Source: Nostoc sp. (lineage in GTDB: Bacteria > Cyanobacteriota > Cyanobacteriia > Cyanobacteriales > Nostocaceae). From it: a DNA stretch of 64,000 nt. Made by a program: the position numbers and the translations under genes. The DNA lies in NCBI GenBank assembly GCA_036918135.1, contig JBALDB010000056.1, positions 416,001 through 480,000 of the forward strand. The letters run 5' to 3'. Every line of letters begins with the position of its first letter. Position 1 is the stretch's first letter. Below are positions 1-11,441 of the stretch, one piece after another. The notes below the pieces were generated by a model. That model was not told the DNA's origin and did not search any database. It saw nothing but the letters and a program-made list of their open reading frames with translations.

Positions 1-541
1 ATGTAGTTGGGCAGCTTGTAACTGAACTTCTGAAAATATCCAAACACCTACACTGAGGATGACTCCTAATTGAATCTGTAAGTATCCCAAAATAAACTTA
101 AGTAAAAAACTATATCGATAAATAAAGAGATAATGCCTAAAACTATCTGCCATCAGCCGATACTGTAAGTTGTATATCAATGACAAACTAGCTGCCAAAG
201 AATTTGGCAGCTAGCTTATGAATTCTGCTGGGATTATGATGCCCAGAATATATGCTGATTACAGCAATTTTCAAATAATCAAGTGTACTGCTGCGATTCT
301 ATATCATGAGAATGCAAACAGATAACCTTCAACACTGTTCTCACTCAGACATAAAGCAGCCTAGTTAGTAATTATACTGATATTACTAAGCCCCGTTGGG
401 GTGGGTATGGGTGTGGGGAAGAGATAGCCCCAAAAACCTTTCGTGTCAAAGCCCCGCTCTTTTAAGGCGCTTCCACCATGCAGGGTTCAAGCCCCAACCA
501 ATGCCGTCTTCCCCTACCCCCATTCATGACGAATTATTTAA

Positions 542-2290
542 TCAACTCTGCTCGCCACGACGGTGGTTAGCGGCTTGTAATAACAAAGATTCGGCAAAAG
601 CGATCGCATCACTTGCTGATTTTCCACCAGCTAACTGCGCTAATTCTTCCCGGCGAGTAGTTAAATTATCTAAAGTCGTAACTCGTACAACGGTACGTTG
701 TTCGCTGTTGCCATTGTTAGCTTTTTTACCCTTATCTTGATTGATTATTTGCTTATCCACCCGGAAATGACGGTCTGCCATTGCTGCAACTAAGGGTTGG
801 TGGGTAACGCATAATACTTGGTTATGTTGACTTAACTGGTGTAATTTTTCCGCGATCGCTTGGGCGACTCTTCCAGAAACCCCAACATCAATTTCATCGA
901 ATACCATTGTCCCAGCTGCATCGACTTGGGAAAAACAAGCTTTCAATGCCAGTAAAAAACGGCTCATTTCTCCACCAGAGGCAATTTCTGTTAAAGGTTG
1001 CAGTGGTTCTCCGGGGTTGGGACTAAACATAAAGGTAATTTTATCTGCTCCCATAGCAGTTGGAAAAGTCGGCAAAATTTCAACTTGAAACTTCACCTTT
1101 TCCATCGCTAAGGGCTTAAGTTCAGATATTAAACGTGATTCTAAATTAGCAGCAGCTTTACTACGCAGTTGAGTTAATTGATTACTTGCTTGAGTGAGTT
1201 TCTCAAAACACGCCTTTTCTTGCTGTTCTAGATTTTCGATAGATTGTTCGCTGTCGTTAAGTTGGGCTAATTGGGCTTGGATGCGCTGGTAATAGGCGAT
1301 CGCTTCTGTTAATGTCGGCCCATACTTGCGGCAAATTTGCTTTAATTCTCGGACGCGTTCTTCCACTTCTTCCAACCGCTGGGGATCGGCTTCTAAATTG
1401 TCGCCGTATGCATTAATCTGTCTTCCGACTTCCATGACCGCAGCTTGGGCGTCCCTGACTAATTCCAACAGGGGTTGCAGTTGGGTGTCGTATTCTACCA
1501 TGTCATTTAATGTCGCTTCGCTGTCTCCCAATAAATCTGCGGCGGCGGGAGTTTCATTATCATTTTGATACAAAGCCTGATAAATTTTGTAACTCATTTG
1601 TTGCAAATCAACAACATGATTCAGGCGTTCTCGTTCTTGTCCCAACTGTTCCAATTCATTCGGTTCGCACAGATTGGCTGCTCCCAATTCCTGCACTTGA
1701 TAGGTGAGCAAGTCGAGTTGTTGCAAACGTTCGCGTTCTGATGTGCGGCGTTTTTCTAGCACGAGATGCGCCTGTTGGTAAGCACTAAAGCTACTGGCGA
1801 CCTTTTGGCGTTGCTGCATTGGGGAGTCACCGCCATACAAATCCAACCAGTCCCGGACTTGAGCAGATTGTCCCACTTGCACCGTTTGACCTTGAGCTGT
1901 GATTTCCACCAAGCGATCGCGCAGTCCTGCCACAATCTGCCGATTTACCAACACGCCATTGACTCGCGATCGACTGCGGACATTACTAGCTGTGACGGTG
2001 ATTTCTCGACTAATGACTACAGAGTTTTCATCAAGCAAATCGATTTCCTGTTCGGTCAACCAAGCAGCGAAGGGGGGGTTTGAAGTGAAAGTAGCTTCTA
2101 CCATTGCCCGACTTGTGCCTGTACGAATCACTCGACTAGAAACTTTACCGCCCAAAGCCGCATCAATAGCATCCAAAATAATCGATTTTCCGGCACCAGT
2201 TTCACCCGTCAACACATTTAGTCCGGCGCTAAATTCCAATTCCAGTTGGTCGATGAGGGCAAAGTTTTCAATTCGCAAACAAAGCAACAT
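542..2290 (-). CDS. recN: DNA repair protein RecN
   Basis: MLLCLRIENFALID start, Walker A GETGAGKS, long coiled coil, signature SGGEMSR, Walker B FDEID; ATG at 2290 preferred over the upstream ATG. Confidence 0.97.
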   Translation of the reverse strand: MLLCLRIENFALIDQLELEFSAGLNVLTGETGAGKSIILDAIDAALGGKVSSRVIRTGTSRAMVEATFTSNPPFAAWLTEQEIDLLDENSVVISREITVTASNVRSRSRVNGVLVNRQIVAGLRDRLVEITAQGQTVQVGQSAQVRDWLDLYGGDSPMQQRQKVASSFSAYQQAHLVLEKRRTSERERLQQLDLLTYQVQELGAANLCEPNELEQLGQERERLNHVVDLQQMSYKIYQALYQNDNETPAAADLLGDSEATLNDMVEYDTQLQPLLELVRDAQAAVMEVGRQINAYGDNLEADPQRLEEVEERVRELKQICRKYGPTLTEAIAYYQRIQAQLAQLNDSEQSIENLEQQEKACFEKLTQASNQLTQLRSKAAANLESRLISELKPLAMEKVKFQVEILPTFPTAMGADKITFMFSPNPGEPLQPLTEIASGGEMSRFLLALKACFSQVDAAGTMVFDEIDVGVSGRVAQAIAEKLHQLSQHNQVLCVTHQPLVAAMADRHFRVDKQIINQDKGKKANNGNSEQRTVVRVTTLDNLTTRREELAQLAGGKSASDAIAFAESLLLQAANHRRGEQS

Positions 2291-2584
2291 CAAGCCAAAT
2301 TCTCCTTCCATAGTGCCGAGTGTTGTTAGCTTTCTTCTCTACCTTGGGCTGGGTCAACCGGGCGTTGAGCCAGTGCTGAGTTGTGAGTCAAAAGAAAATT
2401 TTGGAGTTAGTAAGGCCGCAAGCGATATCTTTTCTTAAGACGACTCAGCACTGAGAAAAGCAGCAATACCTACTATTATTAAATTAATATGCCCATATTA
2501 GTTTAGCAGAGCAATGGGGATTGAGCATGAAGCATTGCCAGTGCTGAGTTAGGAGTCTCGCCAAAGACGTTTGGGTTGCTTTGG

Positions 2585-2714
2585 TAAAGGATTGACAAAT
2601 AAAAAACATTCCAAATTTTCTTGTGGAATGGCTATCCTCACCCATCCAATATTTAGGGTTGGCTTTCCTGCCCAGTCTACAACCCCAGATAATTTATTTT
2701 CTATAAATCCTTTA
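2585..2714. mobile_element. MITE-like element, family A (divergent copy)
   Basis: Ends TAAAGGATTGACAAATAAAAAACATTCC ... CAGATAATTTATTTTCTATAAATCCTTTA resemble the termini of the copies at 11340, 35825 and 48447. Confidence 0.55.
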
Positions 2715-2845
2715 AGAGTTAGCAATTAAAAGTTAGAAATTCTCCTCCTTTCTCTACTCCCTCATCTCCCCAATGCCCTATGCTCAATGTCTAAACATGT
2801 TGTTACAATGCTTAATACGAACGTTCTGAGCGGTGGCCTTCTTCC

Positions 2846-4819
2846 ATGATTCTTAAGACACTTCCCCCTACTTCCGAACCTGTTCAGGAGGACAGTCGCA
2901 ACGGCAAAAGTAGCCAAGGCGAACTAGTGCCAGAATTTGGTACACAAGACTTGGTAGTGCGATCGCCAAGGCTTTTGGCAGCCCGAGAGGATACTAAAAC
3001 AGCCCAACCTGAGACGCGTTACAATCCCCTGGAGATAGCGGCGCATTACCGAAACAGATCGCTGCAAGTTTTAGGGCGAATTTTTGCTGTGTTGAGGCCA
3101 ACACTGTCCTTCGCTTTTGGGTTGTGGTCGGATAGTAAACGGGGAATTGTCGTCAAAAATGATCGCCGTCGAGCCGTTCAGCTACGAGAATTACTGACGC
3201 GACTAGGGCCTGCTTATATCAAAATTGGTCAAGCTTTGTCCACTAGACCGGATTTGGTTCCTCCGGTATATTTGGAAGAATTAACCAAGCTACAAGACCA
3301 ATTACCACCTTTTGCTAATGAAATTGCTTACCAGTTTATCGAAGAAGAACTAGGCGCACCTCCTCAACAAATTTACGCCGAACTCTCGCCCCAGCCAATT
3401 GCTGCCGCTTCCTTGGGGCAAGTCTATAAAGGTAGGCTGAGAACTGGTGAAGAAGTCGCCGTCAAAGTCCAGCGCCCTGACCTCCGAGAGCGGATTACTA
3501 TTGATTTGTATATTTTGCGTAACCTCGCCGCTTGGGTGCAGAAAAAGGTCAAGCGGGTACGAAGTGACTTAGTTGGGATTCTCGATGAATTAGGGGAACG
3601 CATTTTTGAAGAAATGGATTATATCCATGAAGGCGAAAATGCAGAACGATTTTTTGAGTTATACGGTCACATAAAAGACGTATACGTACCGAAAATTTAC
3701 TGGGAATATACTAACCGTCGCGTGTTGACGATGGAGTGGATTGACGGCATTAAATTAACCCAAACAGAAGAAATTCGCGCCCAAGGCATAAATGCTCGTT
3801 ATCTAATTGAAGTGGGTGTGCAGTGTTCTCTACGCCAACTGCTAGAACACGGATTTTTCCACGCCGATCCTCACCCTGGTAATTTGTTAGCAACAACCGA
3901 TGGGAAATTAGCTTATCTTGACTTTGGGATGATGAGCGAGATTAAACCACCGCAGCGCTATGGTTTAATTGAAGCGATCGTTCATGTTGTTAACCGCGAC
4001 TTTGATGGCTTAGCAAAAGACTACGTTAAATTAGATTTCTTATCACCAGAAACAGATTTAACGCCAATTATCCCAGCTTTTGCCAGAGTATTTGCTGATG
4101 CCCAAGGAGCTAGTGTTGCAGAACTTAACATTAAAAGTATTACCGATGAACTATCGGCTTTAATGTATGAATATCCTTTCCGCGTACCACCCTATTACGC
4201 TTTAATTATTCGCTCCCTCGTAACGCTAGAAGGTATTGCAATATTTATAGACCCGACTTTTAAAGTTCTCAGCGAAGCTTATCCCTACGTTTCTAAACGT
4301 TTGTTAACCGACCCTGCACCACAGTTAAGAGCATCATTGCAAGATTTACTATTTAAAGATGGTAGATTCCGCTGGAACCGCTTAGAAAACTTGTTAAAAA
4401 ATGCGCGTAATAGTCAAGACTACGACTTTAATTTAGTGTTGAATCAGGGCGTAGAATTTCTCTCATCTGAACGTGGCGCTTTCATTCGTGACAAATTGGT
4501 GGATGAATCTGTTAATGGACTCGATGCTTTAGGTAAAAATATTTTACATAACTTTACCTATTTACTCAGAGAAAGAGTAGGATTAACAGCAATTAATGAA
4601 ACTCCAGCCGCGACAGTTGAACAACAACAAACCTTAGAGCATATCAAGCGGATTTTTAATATTCTCCGAGAAACACGAGGCTTTGACCCAGTAGAATTTG
4701 CGCCTAAAATTGCTCAACTATTGGTAAATCCAGGTGTACAGCGTTTAGGTCAACAAGTGACCAGCCGCTTTACACAAAAGGCTTTAGCTAGGATAATTCG
4801 GCAATTATTGGCGTCGTAA
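2846..4819 (+). CDS. ABC1/AarF/UbiB family atypical kinase
   Basis: LGPAYIKIGQ, AAASLGQVY, VAVKVQRP, FFHADPHPGN and LDFG motifs. Confidence 0.95.
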   Translation: MILKTLPPTSEPVQEDSRNGKSSQGELVPEFGTQDLVVRSPRLLAAREDTKTAQPETRYNPLEIAAHYRNRSLQVLGRIFAVLRPTLSFAFGLWSDSKRGIVVKNDRRRAVQLRELLTRLGPAYIKIGQALSTRPDLVPPVYLEELTKLQDQLPPFANEIAYQFIEEELGAPPQQIYAELSPQPIAAASLGQVYKGRLRTGEEVAVKVQRPDLRERITIDLYILRNLAAWVQKKVKRVRSDLVGILDELGERIFEEMDYIHEGENAERFFELYGHIKDVYVPKIYWEYTNRRVLTMEWIDGIKLTQTEEIRAQGINARYLIEVGVQCSLRQLLEHGFFHADPHPGNLLATTDGKLAYLDFGMMSEIKPPQRYGLIEAIVHVVNRDFDGLAKDYVKLDFLSPETDLTPIIPAFARVFADAQGASVAELNIKSITDELSALMYEYPFRVPPYYALIIRSLVTLEGIAIFIDPTFKVLSEAYPYVSKRLLTDPAPQLRASLQDLLFKDGRFRWNRLENLLKNARNSQDYDFNLVLNQGVEFLSSERGAFIRDKLVDESVNGLDALGKNILHNFTYLLRERVGLTAINETPAATVEQQQTLEHIKRIFNILRETRGFDPVEFAPKIAQLLVNPGVQRLGQQVTSRFTQKALARIIRQLLAS

Positions 4820-4874
4820 GTTTTATTAAGGGAAAAGCTAACTGCATCCTAGATATTTTGTCTGAATCTAAATT

Positions 4875-5309
4875 TCATTCCTCATCTTTGTGATAACCAT
4901 TTTTCTCACGTTTGAGGCTTTCTTCTAAAGCTTGAATTTGTTCGCGTCTGGCTTCCAATTCCAAAGAACGCCGTGCTAAGTCTTGGTTTTGTAATGTCAG
5001 CGATTGTCGCCAATGTTCTGCTCGGTCAGCTTCGTGCAGTAAGAATTCTGGTGTAATACCGGTGGTGAGGTAGGTTTGTACTAAATGGAGTACCCAATTA
5101 GTAGCATCTTCTACTCTTTGAATATCGCCTGTGGGGGAAAGTTCGACTAAAACAAGGAAGTTCTCACTCATGGGATTTCCCTTTCCTAGCAGAATGAAAG
5201 CCTCTTCTGGAATTATCGCCCACAAGTTATCAACTTCCTGACGCGCCAATAAACGTAACTGATGCTGGTCTAAAAAATCGTTTTTACGTACTTGGGCTAG
5301 ATATAGCAT
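4875..5309 (-). CDS. Conserved cyanobacterial hypothetical protein with C-terminal coiled coil
   Basis: 144-aa ORF, MLYLAQV start, EHWRQSLTLQNQDLARR coiled coil typical of a conserved cyanobacterial family. Confidence 0.8.
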   Translation of the reverse strand: MLYLAQVRKNDFLDQHQLRLLARQEVDNLWAIIPEEAFILLGKGNPMSENFLVLVELSPTGDIQRVEDATNWVLHLVQTYLTTGITPEFLLHEADRAEHWRQSLTLQNQDLARRSLELEARREQIQALEESLKREKNGYHKDEE

Positions 5310-5564
5310 GAGAGTCGCTCCGCTTCAATTCAAAATTCCAAATTTTAAAAATTATTTTTAATCAAAAAAAGTATAAGTATTGATAAGAAAGTCAAAAGTT
5401 AAAAGAATGAAATTAAGTCACAGTTAGAAATTTAGCTAGATGAGTTGTGCTTTCAAAAAATGTCCAACAGCTTGTTTGAAGGTAGGTAATGGGTAATAAG
5501 GAATTAATCATTTTCCCATTACCCATTAGATTATTACAGTTATCCTAATCCACGTAGGTAATGC

Positions 5565-8549
5565 CTACGGCAACGCCTGAAGGCGTCCGCGCAGAATTTC
5601 TGCTTGTTTTTCGGCTTCTGCTAAGGCATCTCTCGCTCCTTGAACTACGTCAGCTCTAGCTTTATCAACAAAATTCGGATTGTTTAATCTGGCACTCAAA
5701 GATTGAATTTCCGCTTCGGCTTTACTTAAGCTTTTCTCTAGTTTGGCGCGCACAACTTCGATATCGACCACGCCACTGAGGGGAATTAGTACTTGTATTG
5801 TACCTGTTACACCAGCGATCGCATTTTCTGGTTCTTGTGTTTGTTGTAATTCTGTGGCTTGGAAAAACTGTCTCCATAGCTTTTGTCTAGCTTCAGCAGT
5901 CAGTAAATTTTGCCTAACAAACCACGCTGCGTACAGAAAACCAACTATTTTAAAGAAAGTTCCAATGAGCGGAGTTTCATCAATCGTATTCGCCACATTA
6001 AAACCTAACTTAGCTAAGACAATCGTTAAAATACTTAAACCGATTATTTTCAAACCCCTCTGAGGTTTTTTAGCAGCAACAGTTTGGCTTTTTTGCTTGT
6101 CAGTAATGGTTAAAGTCTCAACCTTCGCTAAATCTTGAATGTAAACCTGTCCAGCGCTAAGGATTTTTCTTTCTTTTTCACTTTCAGTTTGTAAATTAGC
6201 TGTCACCTTTACCCCTGGTTTAACATCAGCTTCAGCGCGCAAGTTGCGAATTGTACGGATAGTATCGATTAGCAATTCAAATTGTTCTTCTAAAGCTAAA
6301 TCAATTAGATTTGCATCTACTTGAGGATAAAGTTGTAAAGCTAGAGTTTGGTGGGAATCTGCTGGTTGTTGAGTGAGAGTTTGCCAAATTTCCTCGGTAA
6401 TATGAGGCATAAAGGGATGAAGCAGTTTTAAAATTCCTTCCAGTACGTGGGCGAGGGTTTGTTGTGCTACCCGTCGCGATGCGGGGTCTGTATCTGGCTG
6501 GAGGCGAGATTTCACTAGTTCAATATATTGGTCGCAGAAATCACCCCAAATGAACTCGTATAATCCCTTTGCTGCTTCTCCTAAACCGTAGCTGTCAATG
6601 TAATTGCTGGTTTGTTTAACAACTTGATTGTAGCGGGAAACAATCCAGCGATCGCTTAATTCTGTGCTGACTGGTTGACTCAATTGTTCGGGAGTTTGTC
6701 CATCCAAATTCATCATCACAAACCGAGCAGCATTCCACAACTTGTTAGCAAAATTGCGCGACGCTTCTACAGATGGTGATTCATCCTTTTTGCGATCGTA
6801 TTCCAAGCGGATATCTTGTCCCGCCCCCGCCACTTCTCTAATTAGGGTATAGCGCAGGGCGTCAGTACCATATTTATCAATTAATAACAACGGGTCAATA
6901 CCATTACCTTTGGTCTTTGACATCTTCTGACCTTTTTCATCCAGCACCAACCCGTGCATGTAAACATCTTTAAACGGCATTTGCCCAGTAAAATGTCCAG
7001 CCATCATGGTCATTCTGGCTACCCAGAAAAAGATGATATCAAAGCCTGTCACCAAAGTAGTGGTAGGGTAGTAAGTTGCTAAATCCTGAGTTTGTTCCGG
7101 CCAGCCCAAAGTTGAAAACGGCCAAAGTCCAGAAGAAAACCAAGTATCTAGCACATCTGGGTCTTGTTCTAACTTGACATTTTCCCCAAATTGCGCCTTA
7201 GCTTTTTCCCAAGCTTCGGCTTCTGATTTCGCCACCACAAATGGCGTGTTATCAGTAATTTGCCCATCGGTTTGACTGACAGCGTACCAAGCGGGAATTT
7301 GGTGTCCCCACCACAATTGGCGAGAGATACACCAATCTTTGAGTTTTACTAACCAATCACGATAGACCTTTGTCCAGCGTTGGGGGACAAACTCCGGTGA
7401 GTTTTGCTGGTCGAGGAATTCTAAAGTTTTCTCAGCTAAGGGGCGAATTTTAACAAACCACTGAGTTGAAAGCAGGGGTTCAATGGGTACTTTACCGCGA
7501 TCGCTGTAGGGAACGGTATGTTTATAATCTTCTATCTTCACCAAAAAACCATCTGCTTCTAAGCGAGAAACCACATTCTTCCTCGCAACAAAGCGGTCTT
7601 GTCCTTGAAATTCTCCGGCATTGGCGTTAAGAGTGCCGTCTTTATTCATAATATTTATTAACGGCAAATTATGACGTTTACCCATCTCAAAATCGTTCGG
7701 GTCATGGGCGGGAGTTATCTTCACGCAGCCTGTGCCGAAAGTAGGGTCAACGTATTCATCGCTAATGATGGGAATTTCTCGTTGTAAAATGGGCAGAGTC
7801 AGAGTTTTGCCGATCAGATGTTTGTAGCGATCGTCATTAGGATTAACTGCCACTGCTGTATCGCCGAGCATCGTTTCTGGTCGAGTCGTCGCCACTTCCA
7901 CAAAACCAGAACCATCTGTCAGTGGATAACGGAAGTGCCACAGATTACCATTAACCTCTTGATTTTCTACTTCCACATCAGACACAGCCGACTGGGAAGC
8001 TGGACACCAGTTAACTAAGTATTCACCACGATAAATTAAGCCTTCTTCATAAAGGCGAGTAAATGCCTCAACAACAGCCTTGGATAAACCTTCATCTAAG
8101 GTAAACCTCTCGCGCGACCAGTCTGCCGAAACACCCAAGCGTCGCAATTGATTAACAATCGTTCCTTCAGACTCCGCCTTCCATTGCCAAGCGCGTTCTA
8201 AGAATTTCTCGCGCCCCAATTCGTAACGAGTCTTACCCTCTGTCTTGAGTTGCTTTTCCAGCATAGTATGCACACCAATGCTGGCGTGGTCAGTTCCAGG
8301 TAGCCACAACGTATTACGTCCCTGCATTCGGTGGTAGCGCACGAGAGTATCAATCAAGGCACTTTCAAAAGCGTGACCCATGTGCAAACTGCCGGTGACA
8401 TTAGGCGGCGGAATCACAATGCAGTAAGGTTCACCGCCTTTGTTGGGGTCAGCTTTGTAAACTTGGTTATCTTCCCAGAATTTTTGCCACTTGGCTTCAG
8501 TGGAAAAAGGGTCGTAGAGACTGGGGAGATTGAGAATGGTTGCGGTCAT
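5565..8549 (-). CDS. valS: Valine-tRNA ligase with inserted CAAD membrane-anchoring domain
   Basis: [13 protein letters not shown] (HIGH) and KMSKT motifs, editing domain; hydrophobic two-helix insert at about 5860-6075. Confidence 0.98.
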   Translation of the reverse strand: MTATILNLPSLYDPFSTEAKWQKFWEDNQVYKADPNKGGEPYCIVIPPPNVTGSLHMGHAFESALIDTLVRYHRMQGRNTLWLPGTDHASIGVHTMLEKQLKTEGKTRYELGREKFLERAWQWKAESEGTIVNQLRRLGVSADWSRERFTLDEGLSKAVVEAFTRLYEEGLIYRGEYLVNWCPASQSAVSDVEVENQEVNGNLWHFRYPLTDGSGFVEVATTRPETMLGDTAVAVNPNDDRYKHLIGKTLTLPILQREIPIISDEYVDPTFGTGCVKITPAHDPNDFEMGKRHNLPLINIMNKDGTLNANAGEFQGQDRFVARKNVVSRLEADGFLVKIEDYKHTVPYSDRGKVPIEPLLSTQWFVKIRPLAEKTLEFLDQQNSPEFVPQRWTKVYRDWLVKLKDWCISRQLWWGHQIPAWYAVSQTDGQITDNTPFVVAKSEAEAWEKAKAQFGENVKLEQDPDVLDTWFSSGLWPFSTLGWPEQTQDLATYYPTTTLVTGFDIIFFWVARMTMMAGHFTGQMPFKDVYMHGLVLDEKGQKMSKTKGNGIDPLLLIDKYGTDALRYTLIREVAGAGQDIRLEYDRKKDESPSVEASRNFANKLWNAARFVMMNLDGQTPEQLSQPVSTELSDRWIVSRYNQVVKQTSNYIDSYGLGEAAKGLYEFIWGDFCDQYIELVKSRLQPDTDPASRRVAQQTLAHVLEGILKLLHPFMPHITEEIWQTLTQQPADSHQTLALQLYPQVDANLIDLALEEQFELLIDTIRTIRNLRAEADVKPGVKVTANLQTESEKERKILSAGQVYIQDLAKVETLTITDKQKSQTVAAKKPQRGLKIIGLSILTIVLAKLGFNVANTIDETPLIGTFFKIVGFLYAAWFVRQNLLTAEARQKLWRQFFQATELQQTQEPENAIAGVTGTIQVLIPLSGVVDIEVVRAKLEKSLSKAEAEIQSLSARLNNPNFVDKARADVVQGARDALAEAEKQAEILRGRLQALP

Positions 8550-8682
8550 GCGGGGCAAACTAACTATGGAAGGACTCTAATAAATTTTGCCACAGGCTTG
8601 GAGGGGGTTTTGATAACTAAGGACAAATAACTAAGGACGGCGATCAAATAATTTTCACTTTCTGATTTAGGATTGCTAGACG

Positions 8683-9105
8683 TTAAAGGTCGGATTTAAG
8701 ATATTGCTGTAATTGTTGAGTACGCTCTTTTGTGGTATTTTCTAAGCAACCAAAGTAAATTGTAGGGGCTATAGTTCCACCCTCATATTGGCTTTCCTCA
8801 AACTCACAACTGCTATCTCGAAACTTAATCCATGCTTGTTGTGCAGCAATCAATTTTTGTTTTCTAGTTCTGTCTAACTTAGGCAGCAGTTGTTGATAAA
8901 CTGCATTCAATTTTTTATCAGCATTTTGATAAGATAACCTACTGCATTCATTAATTGCTGCTTGAGTTTGAGCATTGTTGCAGTTTAGCTTTTGAGCTAA
9001 ATGTATTTTTGGTAAATTCGGCGTTGTACTTACTGTTGTCGTAGTAGGAATGTATGAACTGTTGAGAGTTAGTATATTTACTAATAAAGGCAAGAAATAG
9101 TACAT
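8683..9105 (-). CDS. Secreted LprI/DUF1311 family protein
   Basis: Signal-like N-terminus; C..AQTQ..IN.C, ADKKLN.VY and QQAWIKFRD.SC motifs. Confidence 0.85.
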   Translation of the reverse strand: MYYFLPLLVNILTLNSSYIPTTTTVSTTPNLPKIHLAQKLNCNNAQTQAAINECSRLSYQNADKKLNAVYQQLLPKLDRTRKQKLIAAQQAWIKFRDSSCEFEESQYEGGTIAPTIYFGCLENTTKERTQQLQQYLKSDL

Positions 9106-10265
9106 TTATTTTACCTGGTACGTTAATGATTTTGGCAATTTTAGCCATTTTTCAATCGGTCAAACATCTAACACCACAAAGCCACGAACAAATTAAGGTT
9201 GGAGAAAAGCCCTTGAAATCTCTAAATCTGATAATTCAGAGTTATGGTCGGTTTGGATACTGAGTAAGTTTTCACCACGACTTTATCTTAACAAGAAGCA
9301 TAAATTAGTTATTAAGTCAAGAATCTTAATTTGGCAAACATAAAGGACTAGAAGTCGCAGCGACAGCAAGAAAGATGAGTTCGCCTGCGAATCTCCTATA
9401 GGCAAGAATATAAAGCTTGGGTAGGTTTTAGCGAATCGAAAGTGTAAAGCTAGCTGCGCTTATCCATATACTTATTGTAAAAGTCAGCAGGAAGAAAATT
9501 TTCCTTTACCCTTTACCTAACAAATGTGCAAAAATTACTTTTACAAGAGATATCAAGTAACTATAAATTGACAATTCATGATGAAAATACCTCATCTGCA
9601 TTCGCTAATCTCTACTCTGATGACAGACCTGATTTACTTATTTAAATATAAATTTAACGTATTTAAAAATCTAAAAAATTCAAAATATTCGCTTTTTAAT
9701 ATCAATCTCATTAAATGAGATTGGGTGTGAGCTAGTGCTAAAATAAAATCTAAAAATTAGAAATTATCATCAAAAATTTAAACATTATAAATAAATAACA
9801 TATAAATTTTTATAAGAAATATAATACTTCTCTTGAAAATATTCTGCTTATATATAAAATTACAATCAAAGTCTTGCGTTAAGTAATCAAAAAACTGTAT
9901 TGTTTATATTGTTGAAAATTGTTTTTCACAAAAGCAATAAGAAAACACAAGTTCCGCACATGGAAAAAAGCATTGCCTTGGTGAATCGGTAAATATCGAT
10001 ATCGAACCAAAATGTGTGTATCGTTGCTATTGACATCATTAGTAACAGAACTAACCTAAAAACGAAAAATCCAATCTTTCGTTGGTGTTGTGTAGTATAT
10101 TTTCTACACTACACCTGTTACAGTCCCTACCTAATCATCAAGAACAGTATCGGCTAGATTTTCAGGGTTTCATCTCTCTAATCGGGGCAAGAAATCTATT
10201 CTGTGCTGGCTGAAGAAAGGGATTTCAAGCTCATTTTATCAAGGAACCGCGACTAGTAAAAAATT

Positions 10266-11321
10266 ATGACCTCTTTAGATCCTAATTTTTTTGACATTCC
10301 AGCTAAAAGCCTAATCATCATTGACCCAGCCGTTGATGACTATAAAAAGCTAAATGGCAATAATTTGGAAGTCACCTTAGAAGACGTAGCAAATACAGAA
10401 TTAGGAACGCTCGCCTCTAAAACCTACAAGCTCTTAAAAGTCCCGCCCAAGGAACTTTTAGCGCCTCCTGGTGATTTTAATCCCACTTTAGTGCTATTTT
10501 TAGCATCTGTGGCAATATTGGTGTTATCTAACTTTGGTTACTGGCTTTGGCAATGGCCAGACTGGCTGTGCTTTAGCGTTAATACTATTGCCTTACATTG
10601 TGCTGGGACAGTAATTCATGATGCTTGTCATCAATCTGCTCACCGCAATCGGGTAATTAATGCCATGCTAGGACATGGTAGCGCCTTAATGCTAGGGTTT
10701 GTTTTCCCAGTGTTTACGCGAGTACATTTGCAGCATCATGCTCGTGTAAATCATCCTAAAGATGACCCAGATCATTATGTTTCTACAGGTGGGCCGCTGT
10801 GGCTAATTGCGTTCCGGTTTTTGTACCATGAGGTGTTTTTCTTTCAACGACGATTGTGGCGTAAATATGAGCTATGGGAATGGTTTATTAGCCGTTTAAT
10901 TGTCGTTGCAATTTTTTATATAGCAATTCAATATCATTTTTTAATGTACGTTCTCAATTTTTGGGTTGTACCTTCTGGGATAGTAGGAATAATACTGGGT
11001 TTCTTTTTTGACTATTTGCCGCATCGTCCTTTTAAAGAACGCGATCGCTGGAAAAATGCTCGTGTATATCCTAGTCCAATTCTTAACATCTTGATTTTGG
11101 GGCAGAACTATCACCTAATTCATCATTTATGGACTTGTATTCCTTGGTATAAATATCAGTCCACATACTATTTGATGAAGCCTCTGTTAGATGAAAAAGG
11201 CTGTTATCAAACTTCAGGATTATTACAAAAGAAAGACTTTTTGGAGTTTATTTACGATATTTTTGTAGGAATTAGATTTGACCATCAAGCAACAAAAAAT
11301 AAAGATGAATCACGCAATTAA
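10266..11321 (+). CDS. crtR: Beta-carotene hydroxylase CrtR-like protein (fatty acid desaturase fold) with N-terminal extension
   Basis: PPKELLAPPGDFNPT, His boxes HDACH, HLQHH and HLIHH, FFDYLPHRPF. Confidence 0.85.
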   Translation: MTSLDPNFFDIPAKSLIIIDPAVDDYKKLNGNNLEVTLEDVANTELGTLASKTYKLLKVPPKELLAPPGDFNPTLVLFLASVAILVLSNFGYWLWQWPDWLCFSVNTIALHCAGTVIHDACHQSAHRNRVINAMLGHGSALMLGFVFPVFTRVHLQHHARVNHPKDDPDHYVSTGGPLWLIAFRFLYHEVFFFQRRLWRKYELWEWFISRLIVVAIFYIAIQYHFLMYVLNFWVVPSGIVGIILGFFFDYLPHRPFKERDRWKNARVYPSPILNILILGQNYHLIHHLWTCIPWYKYQSTYYLMKPLLDEKGCYQTSGLLQKKDFLEFIYDIFVGIRFDHQATKNKDESRN

Positions 11322-11339
11322 GAATCAGCTGTACTTCAT

Positions 11340-11441
11340 TAAGGACTGATAAATAAAAATATCCCACTGTTGGCAGTCAACGGTCAACAGTCATCAGTAA
11401 TAATCTTCAAACGGGATAATTTATTTCTTCGAGTTCCCTTA
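11340..11441. mobile_element. MITE-like element, family A
   Basis: Imperfect terminal inverted repeats TAAGGACTGATAAATAAAAATATCCC / GGGATAATTTATTTCTTCGAGTTCCCTTA with internal CAGTCAA heptamers; near-identical to 35825-35922; its end supplies the stop codon of the desaturase gene. Confidence 0.7.

Noticed and set aside
1..56. 3' end of a gene entering the window (..VVGQLVTELLKISKHLH*)
   Set aside because: Too short to support or identify
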